A stretch of DNA of 64,000 bases, from NCBI GenBank assembly GCA_048270185.1, contig JBLWTJ010000003.1, positions 320,001-384,000 on the forward strand. The letters run 5' to 3'. The notes beneath the pieces are model-generated. The model saw only the letters and a list, made by a program, of their open reading frames with translations, made no database searches and was not told where the DNA came from. Numbering within the stretch: the first letter of the stretch is position 1; every line of letters begins with the position of its first letter. This stretch comes from Bacteriovoracaceae bacterium. Lineage in GTDB: Bacteria; Bdellovibrionota; Bacteriovoracia; Bacteriovoracales; Bacteriovoracaceae. Position numbers and translations under genes: made by a program. Shown here in pieces: positions 39,276 to 48,907 of the stretch.

Positions 39276-40205
39276 TTAGTAACGATTTCTTAAAGTGTCC
39301 CTTAAGGCGGCCTCAAGATAGTTGAAAGAGTATTCAAATCCACAGACTTTATTGTCTTCACAAGAGACCTTCTGACTAGCTAAGAGTATTTGAGACATTT
39401 CGCCAAAGATGGCCTTTGCCGCAATTTTAGGAAGTGGAATAAAAGTCGGGCGATGAAGAACTTCTCCTAAGGTTTGTGTAAAGTCTGCGTTTTGGGTAGG
39501 GTTAGGGGCAACACCATTAATGATGGTTTTTTCTGTATCGTGTTCAATTAAGAATCGGTAGAGATCGCAAAGGTCTTTGATATGAATCCAACTCATGTAT
39601 TGGCTGCCATCGCCAATTCGACCTGCCACTCCTAAGTTAAAGGCGGGAAGCATTTTAGCGAGAGCGCCACCGTCGCTTGAGAGCACGATACCAACTCTTA
39701 TAATTTTTACATCAACTCCTAGCGTTTCAACTTTTATGGCCTCATTCTCCCAGTCACGGCAAACTTTTGAGAGAAAGTCTTGACCAGTTCGACTCTCTAC
39801 TGTGAGCTCCTTACTGCCGCGGTCTCCATAAATACCAATGGCCGATGTACTGATAAACTTCTTTGGTAGGGGAAGGCCACGCTGCTTGAGAATTTTTAAT
39901 TTTTCGAATATGAGTTTGGTCGCCTTAATTCGGGAGTTATAAATTTTTTCCTTCTTCTCTTCACTCCAGCGGCCGTCTGAGATACTTTCTCCGGCCAGAT
40001 TAATGATTGCATCACATCCCATTAGTGCGGCCATATCCATGCGCCCTTCTTCAATATTCCACTTATAATACTTAAGTCTCGGAGTACTTGTTTTCTTGGC
40101 AAGAGAGCGCGTGAGAATACGCACCTCTTCGTAACCGTGATCGAGGAGAGTATCTGTTAAGTGAGAACCGATAAAGCCTGAACCGCCAGTAATTAAAACT
40201 TTCAT
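39276..40205 (-). CDS. TIGR01777 (YfcH-like) NAD-dependent epimerase
   Basis: ITGGSGFIG, INLAGESI..RW, CRDWE, QYMSWIHI. Confidence 0.88.
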   Translation of the reverse strand: MKVLITGGSGFIGSHLTDTLLDHGYEEVRILTRSLAKKTSTPRLKYYKWNIEEGRMDMAALMGCDAIINLAGESISDGRWSEEKKEKIYNSRIKATKLIFEKLKILKQRGLPLPKKFISTSAIGIYGDRGSKELTVESRTGQDFLSKVCRDWENEAIKVETLGVDVKIIRVGIVLSSDGGALAKMLPAFNLGVAGRIGDGSQYMSWIHIKDLCDLYRFLIEHDTEKTIINGVAPNPTQNADFTQTLGEVLHRPTFIPLPKIAAKAIFGEMSQILLASQKVSCEDNKVCGFEYSFNYLEAALRDTLRNRY

Positions 40206-40253
40206 TGTTCAAGTATAGGAGTGAAATGTTCAATAATTATGAGAGAAATATGA

Positions 40254-40282
40254 GTAAGTGCCACTTCTTGAGCAGCACCTAC
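40254..40282 (-). terminator. Hairpin downstream of fbaA
   Basis: Minus strand GTAGGTGCTGCT-CAAGA-AGTGGCACTTAC; G-U pairs support this strand. Confidence 0.45.
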
Positions 40283-40297
40283 TTTTTAATTAGGTAT

Positions 40298-41323
40298 TTA
40301 GAGATTAATTGATTTACCGTCTGACTTTAGATCACGACAGGCCTGGGCAATACGTTCAGTCATGGCGTTTTCACCCTTCTTCATCCAAGTACGTGGATCA
40401 TATTGCTTCTTGTTTCCAACTTCTCCTTCGATCTTAAGCATCTCATCGTAGTGCTTAAACATATGATCGACTACCGGGCGAGAGTAAGCATATTGAGTAT
40501 CAGTATCAATGTTCATTTTGACAACACCGTAGCCAAGTGTCTCGTGAATTTCTGAAAGCTCACTTCCTGAACCACCGTGGAATACTAACCAGTTTTCAGC
40601 ATCAGCTCCTAGCTCTTTAACAACGGCCGCTTGGCCATCTTTTAGAACTTGAGGACGAAGCTTAACGTTTCCTGGCTTATAAACGCCGTGAACGTTACCA
40701 AAAGTTGCAGCGTACATAAATTTACCAAGTGGGCGAAGAGCCTTTGTTACTTCAACCATCTCTTCTGGAGTTGTGTATAATTTATCAGCTGGTGCATCTT
40801 CATTATTAACACCATCTTCTTCTCCACCAACAACACCTGTTTCAATTTCAAGAATGATTTCACTCTTAGCACATCTCTCTAAAAGCTTCTTACTCATTTC
40901 GATATTTTCTTTTGTTGGAAGAACTGATCCATCAAACATATGTGAGTGAAAAAGATTTGGCTGACCTGAAGCTCTTCTCTTTTCTGTTTCTTCAATAAGA
41001 GGAATTAGGAAGCTATCAACTTTTTCAGGATGACAGTGGTCAGTGTGAAGGGCGATAAGGACATCATACTTTGCTGCAACAAGGTGAACGTGTTGAGCAA
41101 GTGAGATAGCACCGATCACTTCATCTTTAAGCCCTTGGCCTGAAGCAAATGATCCACCACCAGTTGAAACTTGGATGATTCCATCTGACTTCATATCTGC
41201 AAAAGCTTTTATCGCAGCATTTGCTGTTGAAGTTGAAGTGACATTAATGGCCGGATATGCGTATCCGCCTTTTTTTGCGCTATCTAACATATCGCAGTAT
41301 TGTTCGTAAGTAGCTATTGGCAT
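40298..41323 (-). CDS. fbaA: Fructose-bisphosphate aldolase class II
   Basis: PAINV, LHTDHC, GGEEDG, FGNVHGVYK, VFHGGSGS, KMNIDTD. Confidence 0.95.
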   Translation of the reverse strand: MPIATYEQYCDMLDSAKKGGYAYPAINVTSTSTANAAIKAFADMKSDGIIQVSTGGGSFASGQGLKDEVIGAISLAQHVHLVAAKYDVLIALHTDHCHPEKVDSFLIPLIEETEKRRASGQPNLFHSHMFDGSVLPTKENIEMSKKLLERCAKSEIILEIETGVVGGEEDGVNNEDAPADKLYTTPEEMVEVTKALRPLGKFMYAATFGNVHGVYKPGNVKLRPQVLKDGQAAVVKELGADAENWLVFHGGSGSELSEIHETLGYGVVKMNIDTDTQYAYSRPVVDHMFKHYDEMLKIEGEVGNKKQYDPRTWMKKGENAMTERIAQACRDLKSDGKSINL

Positions 41324-41378
41324 CCAGTGCTCCTTTTAGTTATAGTATTTGAGTTCAGAAACATTATAGAGGTCAAAG

Positions 41379-43142
41379 ATGTCACTTGCAAATAAGGAAA
41401 CACAAAAATTATCACCACAAGAGCTCAGAGAGGTCTTAAAGACTGCCCGCGGCGAAGGTGAGATCGATTTACTTATTAAGAATGTAAAGATTCTAGACCT
41501 GGTTAATGGGGAAGTAACTGAAAGTGCGATCGCTATCAGTGGCAAGACGATTGCGGGAATTGGTAAGGAATATGACGATCAACCTGCAAAGCGTGTTTAT
41601 GATGCTAAAGGAGCAACAGCTGTTCCGGGCTTCATCGATGGGCACTTACATGTCGAATCTTCAATGATGCACCCCTTTGAATTTGAACGCTTAACACTGC
41701 CGCTTGGTACGACGACGGCCATTTGTGACCCGCATGAGATCACAAATGTGATGGGAGATCGTGGGTTTTCTTGGTTTCTAAGGTGTAGTGAACTGATGAA
41801 TCAAAATCTCTTTGTTCAAGTAAGCTCTTGTATACCTGCTCTTCCGGGCTTTGAAACAAATGGTGGGCAATTCGATATTATCGATATGAAGAAATACAAA
41901 GAACATCCTCGTGTTCTGGGCCTTGCTGAAATGATGAATTTCCCTGGTGTGATTAATGGTGATGATAGTGTTCTTGAAAAAGTAGAGGAGTTCTCAGAAT
42001 TAAATCTTGATGGCCATTCGCCAATGCTTCGAGGAAAAGAACTTAATGCTTATATCGCAGCAGGGATTCAAAATTGTCATGAGACGATTTTTGCTGATGA
42101 AGCAAAAGAAAAGCTACAAAAGGGAATGGGACTTATTATTCGTGAAGGTTCTGTTGCAAAGAATTTAAAGACTCTTATCCCTGTTGTTAATGATTTTAAT
42201 TCTTGTCAGTGTCTTCTATGTACTGATGATCGAAACCCATATGAAATTTTCAATGAAGGCCATATCAATTATATGGTTAAGAAGATGATTAAAGAACTTG
42301 GAACACCTGTCCATGTTGCTTACAGACTTTCTAGTTTCTCTGCAGCCAAACACTTTGGCCTTAAGAAATTAGGACTAATTGCTCCAGGGAAACAAGCTGA
42401 TATTGTTCTTGTTGGAAAGCTTGAAGACGTTGACGTAAAAGAAGTTTTCAAAAAAGGTCAGCTTGTAAGCGAGCTTGATCTACCTTCTAAAGTCGGTGAT
42501 AAATTAGAGCAATCACAACCACCAAAAGAAAATACTATTAAAAGAAACTTCCTCGCACCGACTGATTTTAATTATGATTTAACTCCAGGAACTTATAATG
42601 TGATGGAAATCGTTAAAGATGAAATCATCACAAATCACTTAAAGGTAAAATTTGATGGTGAAGAATTTGAAAAGGACGATATCTCTTTTATTACAGTAAT
42701 TGAAAGATATGGGCAGGGGAGGAAACCTTCACTGGGTCTAGTTCGTGGTATGGGGCTTACACGTGGTGCGATTGCCTCAAGTGTTGCCCACGACTCACAT
42801 AATATTGTTGTCATCGGTAAGTCTCCACAAGATATTGCAACAGCAGCCAATGAGATTATTGAAAATGCTGGCGGTTTCTGTGTTGTTGATAAGGGGAGAG
42901 TAACAGCTTCTCTAGCTCTTCCTATTGCAGGACTTTTAAGTTTAGAGTCGGCCGAAACAATTAATGATGGTATTATCGCGCTAAAGAAAGCATGCAAAGA
43001 TATTGAAGTGGCCGTAAATGAACCATTTATTCAAATGGCCTTTCTTGCTCTTCCAGTTATTCCAACACTTAAAATAACTGATATGGGATTAGTTGATGTC
43101 ACGAAGTTTGAATTCGTTGATTTAAAATGTAGTGATATGTAA
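41379..43142 (+). CDS. ade: Adenine deaminase
   Basis: PGFIDGHLHVESS, DPHEI, LAEMMNFPG, DGHSP, REGS, CTDD, AHDSHN. Confidence 0.93.
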   Translation: MSLANKETQKLSPQELREVLKTARGEGEIDLLIKNVKILDLVNGEVTESAIAISGKTIAGIGKEYDDQPAKRVYDAKGATAVPGFIDGHLHVESSMMHPFEFERLTLPLGTTTAICDPHEITNVMGDRGFSWFLRCSELMNQNLFVQVSSCIPALPGFETNGGQFDIIDMKKYKEHPRVLGLAEMMNFPGVINGDDSVLEKVEEFSELNLDGHSPMLRGKELNAYIAAGIQNCHETIFADEAKEKLQKGMGLIIREGSVAKNLKTLIPVVNDFNSCQCLLCTDDRNPYEIFNEGHINYMVKKMIKELGTPVHVAYRLSSFSAAKHFGLKKLGLIAPGKQADIVLVGKLEDVDVKEVFKKGQLVSELDLPSKVGDKLEQSQPPKENTIKRNFLAPTDFNYDLTPGTYNVMEIVKDEIITNHLKVKFDGEEFEKDDISFITVIERYGQGRKPSLGLVRGMGLTRGAIASSVAHDSHNIVVIGKSPQDIATAANEIIENAGGFCVVDKGRVTASLALPIAGLLSLESAETINDGIIALKKACKDIEVAVNEPFIQMAFLALPVIPTLKITDMGLVDVTKFEFVDLKCSDM

Positions 43143-43642
43143 TGATAAAGAAGTATTGGGACGCAATTCCTGGTTGGCTCTTCCTAACAATCATCGTTGG
43201 GATGGCCGCAATTTTCATTGATCCCATCATGGAGATACTTCATAAACGCAAACAAAAGATCGACTTTGATAAGATGCGGCTAGATGCCAAGATCGTATGT
43301 TTTCGTGACGATTTTCCCTTGGAACGTCAACGACAGGCCTGTCAAAGAGGGCGAAAGCTTGCCCTTCATGACAAGAGAACCTATTTACAACACGAATTTA
43401 CTTCTCGTCTGTGTCGTTTAGATGATGCAGAATCTTGCTTTGAATTCTATCAGATTCAAAAGAAGCAACTACCTAAAGAAGAGCAAAAGCGCCTATTAAA
43501 TAAGGCCTGTCGAAAAGGACAAGGTGGTAATATGGAAGCTTGTGGCGAGCTCGGGCTTATAATGAAAGGTGAAAATAACGCACTATCTAAGGAGTATTTT
43601 CACTATGCATGCACTAATGGTTTCAAGAGATTTTGTCAGTAA
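43142..43642 (+). CDS. Membrane-anchored Cys-rich Sel1-like repeat protein
   Basis: N-terminal TM segment; LCRLDDAESC, ACRKG..MEACGELG, YACTNGFKRFC. Confidence 0.6.
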   Translation: MIKKYWDAIPGWLFLTIIVGMAAIFIDPIMEILHKRKQKIDFDKMRLDAKIVCFRDDFPLERQRQACQRGRKLALHDKRTYLQHEFTSRLCRLDDAESCFEFYQIQKKQLPKEEQKRLLNKACRKGQGGNMEACGELGLIMKGENNALSKEYFHYACTNGFKRFCQ

Positions 43643-43759
43643 TTTCAGATGTTTATGCTGTGTGTAAATAGCTCCGGTATTACTTTTCAATGTAAGTAAA
43701 TTGTGGTTAAATTCCGACTCACTAAAAATAGATAACTCAATGAAAATACGAGGTTTATA

Positions 43760-45811
43760 ATGGCAACGGTTTTGAAGCCTAAGAACAAATTTACTTGGAA
43801 GAATACAGATAAAGCGACTCTTAAGCAGTGGTATGAATTACTATCTCTAGGTCGTATGCTTGATAATCGAGCACCAAATTATCTTAAACAAGCGATTGGT
43901 TGGTCTTACCACGCTCCATACGCTGGTCACGATGGTATTCAATTAGCTATCGGACAAACTTTTGAATTAGGAAAAGATCACCTTTATCCATATTACAGAG
44001 ATATGCTAACTGCTTTTTCAGCAGGATTAACAGCTGAAGAAATTATTCTTAATGGTATTTCAAAAGGAACTGACCTTGCTTCTGGTGGACGTCACATGTC
44101 TAACCACTTTGCAAAGCCTGAGTGGAATATTCATAACGTATCAAGTTGTACAGGTAACCACACGTTACACGCAGTAGGAACAGCAAGAGCATTTAATCGT
44201 TATAAGCACGATGGTGTTGTTTACTCTTCTCAAGGAGAGTCTTCAGTATCTGAAGGTTATTGTTATGAAGCGATCAATGGAGCATCTCGTGAGAAGCTTC
44301 CTGTTGTTTTCGTTTTCCAAGATAATGGTTACGGGATCTCTGTACCAAAAGCTGACCAAACAGCTAACGAATATGTTGCAGATAACTTCTCTGGATTTTT
44401 AAACCTTCATATTATTCACTGTGACGGAAAAGATATTTTTGATTCAATGAATGCAATGGCAACAGCTAGAGAGATCGCTGTAACTCAACAAGAGCCAGTA
44501 ATTGTTCACGCTCGTTGTGTTCGTATTCACTCTCACTCTAACTCTGATAAGCACGAACTTTACCGTTCTGAAGAAGAAAGAGCAGAGGCGGCAGCTCAAG
44601 ATCCATTAGTAGCTTTTAGAAAAGAGCTAATCGCTAAGAAAGTTTTTACAGAATCTGAGCTTGATGAAATCGATGCGCAAGCAAAGAAAGAAATGCTTGA
44701 AGCTCATACAAAAGCAATGAAAGCACCAAACCCAACTCCAGAGTCAATTTATGACTTTGTTATCCCTGAGCCACACAAGCCGACTAAGTTTGTTGATGGA
44801 ACACATAATGAATCAGGTGAAGAAGTTAAGTTTATTGATGCGATTAATGGACAACTTAAAAGAGAGTTCAGACATAACCCAAATACATTTATTTGGGGAC
44901 AAGATATGGCCAACAAAGACAAGGGTGGTATCTTCAATGTTTCAAAAGGAATGCAACAAGAATTCGGAAAGGACAGAGTATTTAATGGTCCAATCGCTGA
45001 AGATTTTATTCTTGGAACAGCTAATGGTTTCTCTCGTTATAGCAAAGATATTCGCGTTGTTGTTGAAGGTGCAGAATTCGCAGATTACTTCTGGCCTGCA
45101 ATGGAGCAATATATTGAGTGTTCTCACGACTACTGGAGATCAAATGGAGCCTTTGCTCCAAATATCCTAATCAGACTTGCTTCTGGTGGTTATATCGGTG
45201 GTGGCCTATACCACTCACAAAACCTTGAAGGAAACCTTGCAGGTATCCCTGGTGTTAGAATTGTAACTCCTGCGTTTGCTGACGATGCTGCTGGTCTTTT
45301 AAGAACTGCAATGAGAAGTGAGGGGCCAACTCTATATCTTGAGCCAAAGGCACTTTATAATGCTAAACAAGCAATGACTGTTATTCCAGAGGACTTCGAA
45401 GTTCCATTTGGAAAATGTCGTGTTAGACGTGAAGGGACTGATCTTTCAATTATCACTTACGGAAACACTGTACACCACTGCCTAGAGGCTGCTGAAGAGT
45501 TAGCTAAACTTGGACACAATGTTGAAGTCGTTGACCTAAGATCACTTTCTCCTCTTGATGAAGAAGGAATCTTAGCTTCAATTAAGAAGACAAATCGTGC
45601 TCTTGTTGTTCACGAAGATAAGGTATTCGGTGGATTCGGTGGTGAGATCGCTGCCATGATTAACGATAAAGGTTTTGAATTCTTAGATGCTCCTGTTAAG
45701 CGTATGGGATCAACTTTTACGCCTGTTGGTTTCAACAGAATCCTAGAAAGAGCAATTCTTCCAAATACTCAAAAAGTAGTTGAAGCTGCTCAATCAGTTC
45801 TTGGTTACTAG
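43760..45811 (+). CDS. 2-oxoacid (probably branched-chain) dehydrogenase E1, fused alpha-beta
   Basis: YPYYRD, ThDP motif variant GESSVSEG...QDNGY, HSNSD; beta half with RVFNGPIAE, YHSQN, VVDLRSLSPLD. Confidence 0.88.
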   Translation: MATVLKPKNKFTWKNTDKATLKQWYELLSLGRMLDNRAPNYLKQAIGWSYHAPYAGHDGIQLAIGQTFELGKDHLYPYYRDMLTAFSAGLTAEEIILNGISKGTDLASGGRHMSNHFAKPEWNIHNVSSCTGNHTLHAVGTARAFNRYKHDGVVYSSQGESSVSEGYCYEAINGASREKLPVVFVFQDNGYGISVPKADQTANEYVADNFSGFLNLHIIHCDGKDIFDSMNAMATAREIAVTQQEPVIVHARCVRIHSHSNSDKHELYRSEEERAEAAAQDPLVAFRKELIAKKVFTESELDEIDAQAKKEMLEAHTKAMKAPNPTPESIYDFVIPEPHKPTKFVDGTHNESGEEVKFIDAINGQLKREFRHNPNTFIWGQDMANKDKGGIFNVSKGMQQEFGKDRVFNGPIAEDFILGTANGFSRYSKDIRVVVEGAEFADYFWPAMEQYIECSHDYWRSNGAFAPNILIRLASGGYIGGGLYHSQNLEGNLAGIPGVRIVTPAFADDAAGLLRTAMRSEGPTLYLEPKALYNAKQAMTVIPEDFEVPFGKCRVRREGTDLSIITYGNTVHHCLEAAEELAKLGHNVEVVDLRSLSPLDEEGILASIKKTNRALVVHEDKVFGGFGGEIAAMINDKGFEFLDAPVKRMGSTFTPVGFNRILERAILPNTQKVVEAAQSVLGY

Positions 45812-46491
45812 GTTCCTGGATACTTTTCGGGATGCTTAGCGTAAGAAGGTCCTAGTGTTACACTAGGGATAATATATTTTCTTGAGCGATCACATTTAGC
45901 ATAATTAAACTCATTTTTTGATAGGCCCGCTTTTATACTGCGGGCCTCTTTATCTGTATAGCCTCTATTTAGCCATGACTCTAATGCTCTCGTTGATCCA
46001 AAAAGATTTGGTAGGGACTGATCAAAAACTTGAAATGAGAGATGTCGATTAAAATAGGTATAGTGGAATGTACTGAATTGGTAATCTTGTACTCTTTCAC
46101 ATATACCAGCTGCAACAGGATTTCTAAGAATGTATTTATAACAGTTATATTGATATTGGACTTTTGTAAGTAAACTTGACTTGTATCGTCCGCCATAAAT
46201 TGAATTAATATCTCCAGTTCTTTTTTGTACTTCTAATGTCGATCTCTTCATTAACCAATACATTACTTTGTCGATATTCTCTCTTGGTGTCCAAAGCATA
46301 AGATGAAAGTGATTATTCATCAAAACAAATGAAATAACCTTTGCTCCTTCTTCTCGACAAATATCTTTTAAGATTTCACTGTAAATTTCCCACATTTCAT
46401 CTATTGATAATTTAAACCACTTCTTGTTATGGGAGCGAGCAACGACGTGATAGGGATAGAGTTTTGTTCTAGTTATTGGTTTTCTTGGCAT
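45808..46491 (-). CDS. HUH/Y1 transposase, REP-associated tyrosine transposase (RAYT)-like
   Basis: YHVVARSHN, FVLMNNHFHLML (HUH), GGRYKS, YILRNPVAAG (catalytic Tyr), YQFST. Confidence 0.85.
   Translation of the reverse strand: MPRKPITRTKLYPYHVVARSHNKKWFKLSIDEMWEIYSEILKDICREEGAKVISFVLMNNHFHLMLWTPRENIDKVMYWLMKRSTLEVQKRTGDINSIYGGRYKSSLLTKVQYQYNCYKYILRNPVAAGICERVQDYQFSTFHYTYFNRHLSFQVFDQSLPNLFGSTRALESWLNRGYTDKEARSIKAGLSKNEFNYAKCDRSRKYIIPSVTLGPSYAKHPEKYPGT
45809..45835 (+). repeat. Left copy of a 27-bp inverted repeat (REP-like)
   Basis: TAGGTTCCTGGATACTTTTCGGGATGC, the exact reverse complement of 46577-46603. Confidence 0.9.
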
Positions 46492-46516
46492 AAATAAGAA
46501 CTAACATTTGAAATAA

Positions 46517-46544
46517 AAAAAGGAAGCGATATCGCTTCCTTTTT
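46517..46544. terminator. Perfect palindromic hairpin, probably the terminator of the cyclase operon
   Basis: AAAAAGGAAGCGATATCGCTTCCTTTTT. Confidence 0.65.
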
Positions 46545-46576
46545 CATTATATTTCAATTTTGAATCTTAATTCAGT

Positions 46577-46603
46577 GCATCCCGAAAAGTATCCAGGAAC
46601 CTA
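46577..46603 (-). repeat. Right copy of the 27-bp inverted repeat (REP-like)
   Basis: GCATCCCGAAAAGTATCCAGGAACCTA; with the flanking base, the minus strand starts GTAG. Confidence 0.9.
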
Positions 46604-46608
46604 CTTAT

Positions 46609-48885
46609 TTATTTGCTCGTTAATGTAAAAACTCCATCCCACTCCGGTGGAGGAGGAAGCTCCTTATAGTCTTCACAACGTTTAATATAGATCTCACTTG
46701 GATTCGTCTTAACGCCCTTTAAATCTGGAAAGCGCTGATATTCAAGCTCTAGTGTCTCTTTAAAAAGTGCAATGGCCGCGTCCCATTTTTGATCTTTGTA
46801 AAGACCTATGGCCTTCTTAAATTTTACCGAAAGCTCTTTTAAATATTCTGGTGCCGTCGCCTTAAGTCCTAATAAATCAAATGTTGTTACTGGAATCGAC
46901 TTCCCAACAACCTTGATGGTATCAAGCTCACGCCAAAGAAATTCTTTTCCTGCAAGTTCAACTGTCTCTTTAGAAACCTGAGTGAAGATTCCGTATTGCT
47001 TGGCCGACTCTTCAAGACGTGCCGCTAAGTTTACGGAATCACCCATCATCGTATAATTCATACGAGAAGCGGAACCCATATTTCCTGTCACAATATCTCC
47101 TGAGTTGATACCAATTCTCATTCGCATATCGTGAACAATCTTAGGCCACTTATCGCCTTCAGAAACCCATTTCTCACGCAGATCTAAGAGAGTCTCCTGC
47201 ATACGGTGAGCAACCATACATGCACGTGCCGCGTGATCCTCAAGTTCCATCGGTGCACCAAAGAAAGCAATAATAGCATCACCCTCGTACTTATCAAGAG
47301 TTCCTTTCTCTTCTAATAAAATATCTGTCATTGCTGTTAAATATTCATTCAGAAGCTCCACTAGTTGAGTTGCTGATAACTTCTCTGAGAAGCTTGAGAA
47401 ACCCTGAATATCTGTAAAGTAAGCCGTTCGAATACCAGAAGTACCACCAAGAGTTGGTGCGTCTCCTGACTCATACATTTCATCAATTAACTCAGGTGAA
47501 ATATAGTTACCAAAGGCACTTTTTAAAAAGGCCTTGTCTTGATTGGCCATATAGAAATTTACAATTGTATTCCATGCATAACTCATAACAAGAGCAAAGA
47601 AGCACCAAAATAATTTTGTCTCATATCCTTCTTTTACAAAGTAGTAAGTATCGGCGTAGTAGAGAGCTGAAATGATGATCACCAAAGCAAAGAGATCATA
47701 AATTGGGTTTTCTTTTATTTGCACAAGGAGTAATAAGATCACTGAAATTGCTAGAAGTGTCCAAGATAGAGTGGCCGTATCTTCAAAGGCTTTAAAGTAA
47801 TAACCATCAATAAGCATTTGTACAAAGTTCATATGAACCATGACTCCTGGGAGCATTGAATGTACAGGTGTGTTTCTAAGGTCGTGAGCTCCGTAGGCCG
47901 TGGCACCAACAAAAACAAGGGCACCATCAAGAGTTTCTTTTAAGTCAGCATCATTTGGATCACCTGCAATGATGTCATAAATAGGTACTCGCTTATAGGC
48001 ATCAATTTCGCCTGACCAACGTACCTTTGTTTCACCATTGAGGTTGAGCTCAATATTACCCTTCTTTGTTTTTAATATTGGAACACCACCTTCAGTACTG
48101 AGATCAACTTCAGTCTTAAAGATTTTTGCCATTTCTTCTTCATCGTCTAATTCATCAAACTCACCAATCCAGTGCATGTAGGCCGAGAGGCCATAAGATG
48201 GAACGTGTAGCTCACCATAAGGAAAGCCTAGCGCCTTGTAATGCCTAATCACACCGTCACTATCTGCAATGGCCTCAATGAAGCCTAATGAGGTTTCAGC
48301 ATCGATTAGCTTCTGTAGCGGATAAACTGATTTTGAGATGGCCGTTGTATTCATTTCATAATTGGCACCACCAACTTTCGTTGTAAGAGCAAAAATTAAT
48401 AAATCCTCTGGTAGCTTTTGAAAGTGCTCAGTATTATTAACAATTAAATTATAGGGTAGGATCACACGATTATTTGGTTCTTCTTGGAAGTACTCAATTG
48501 CTTCAGTGAGAGCATCATCAGGGTTAACTCCATCACAGGTTTTTGCCTCCTCTGAGAAGAAAACATCGAAGGCTACTATTTTTGCTCCATAATGTCTTAA
48601 GTTTTTTAGCATTCGTGCCCAATCACTTCTTTGAATTGGCCATGAATTTAATTTTTTAATTGATTCATCGTCGATATCAGCAAGTATTAACTTTGGATGA
48701 GCTTTTCTCTCTTTTAGAGTTTGCATCATTCTAAAATCATAGAAACGATTTTCAAAGAATGGAGCATAAGTTGTTAGTTCTCTGGCCAGTCCTGTGTACT
48801 CTCGGGAATAAAGTGAGAAGAATACACTTGCACATGAGAATAAGATTATAATGGTAAGGCCGATATATTTAATTATATTTTTCAT
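46609..48885 (-). CDS. CHASE2-domain class III adenylate cyclase
   Basis: CHASE2 motifs DIDDES..WP..R, AFDVFFSE, DSDGVIR, PGVMVH; three TM helices; catalytic FTDIQGF, DKYEGDA, YTMMGDSVNLAARLE. Confidence 0.92.
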   Translation of the reverse strand: MKNIIKYIGLTIIILFSCASVFFSLYSREYTGLARELTTYAPFFENRFYDFRMMQTLKERKAHPKLILADIDDESIKKLNSWPIQRSDWARMLKNLRHYGAKIVAFDVFFSEEAKTCDGVNPDDALTEAIEYFQEEPNNRVILPYNLIVNNTEHFQKLPEDLLIFALTTKVGGANYEMNTTAISKSVYPLQKLIDAETSLGFIEAIADSDGVIRHYKALGFPYGELHVPSYGLSAYMHWIGEFDELDDEEEMAKIFKTEVDLSTEGGVPILKTKKGNIELNLNGETKVRWSGEIDAYKRVPIYDIIAGDPNDADLKETLDGALVFVGATAYGAHDLRNTPVHSMLPGVMVHMNFVQMLIDGYYFKAFEDTATLSWTLLAISVILLLLVQIKENPIYDLFALVIIISALYYADTYYFVKEGYETKLFWCFFALVMSYAWNTIVNFYMANQDKAFLKSAFGNYISPELIDEMYESGDAPTLGGTSGIRTAYFTDIQGFSSFSEKLSATQLVELLNEYLTAMTDILLEEKGTLDKYEGDAIIAFFGAPMELEDHAARACMVAHRMQETLLDLREKWVSEGDKWPKIVHDMRMRIGINSGDIVTGNMGSASRMNYTMMGDSVNLAARLEESAKQYGIFTQVSKETVELAGKEFLWRELDTIKVVGKSIPVTTFDLLGLKATAPEYLKELSVKFKKAIGLYKDQKWDAAIALFKETLELEYQRFPDLKGVKTNPSEIYIKRCEDYKELPPPPEWDGVFTLTSK

Positions 48886-48907
48886 TTCGAAATAACCTTA
48901 TTACTAA

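Larger units (their letters stand above)
45809..46603 (-). mobile_element. REPtron-like unit: RAYT gene flanked by inverted 27-bp repeats (795 bp)
   Basis: Perfect inverted repeats bracket the transposase, between two convergent host genes. Confidence 0.7.

Noticed and set aside
45808..46603. IS630/Tc1-type element (TA at both ends) or IS605 element with tnpB
   Set aside because: The protein has HUH and Tyr motifs rather than DDE, and no tnpB is adjacent.
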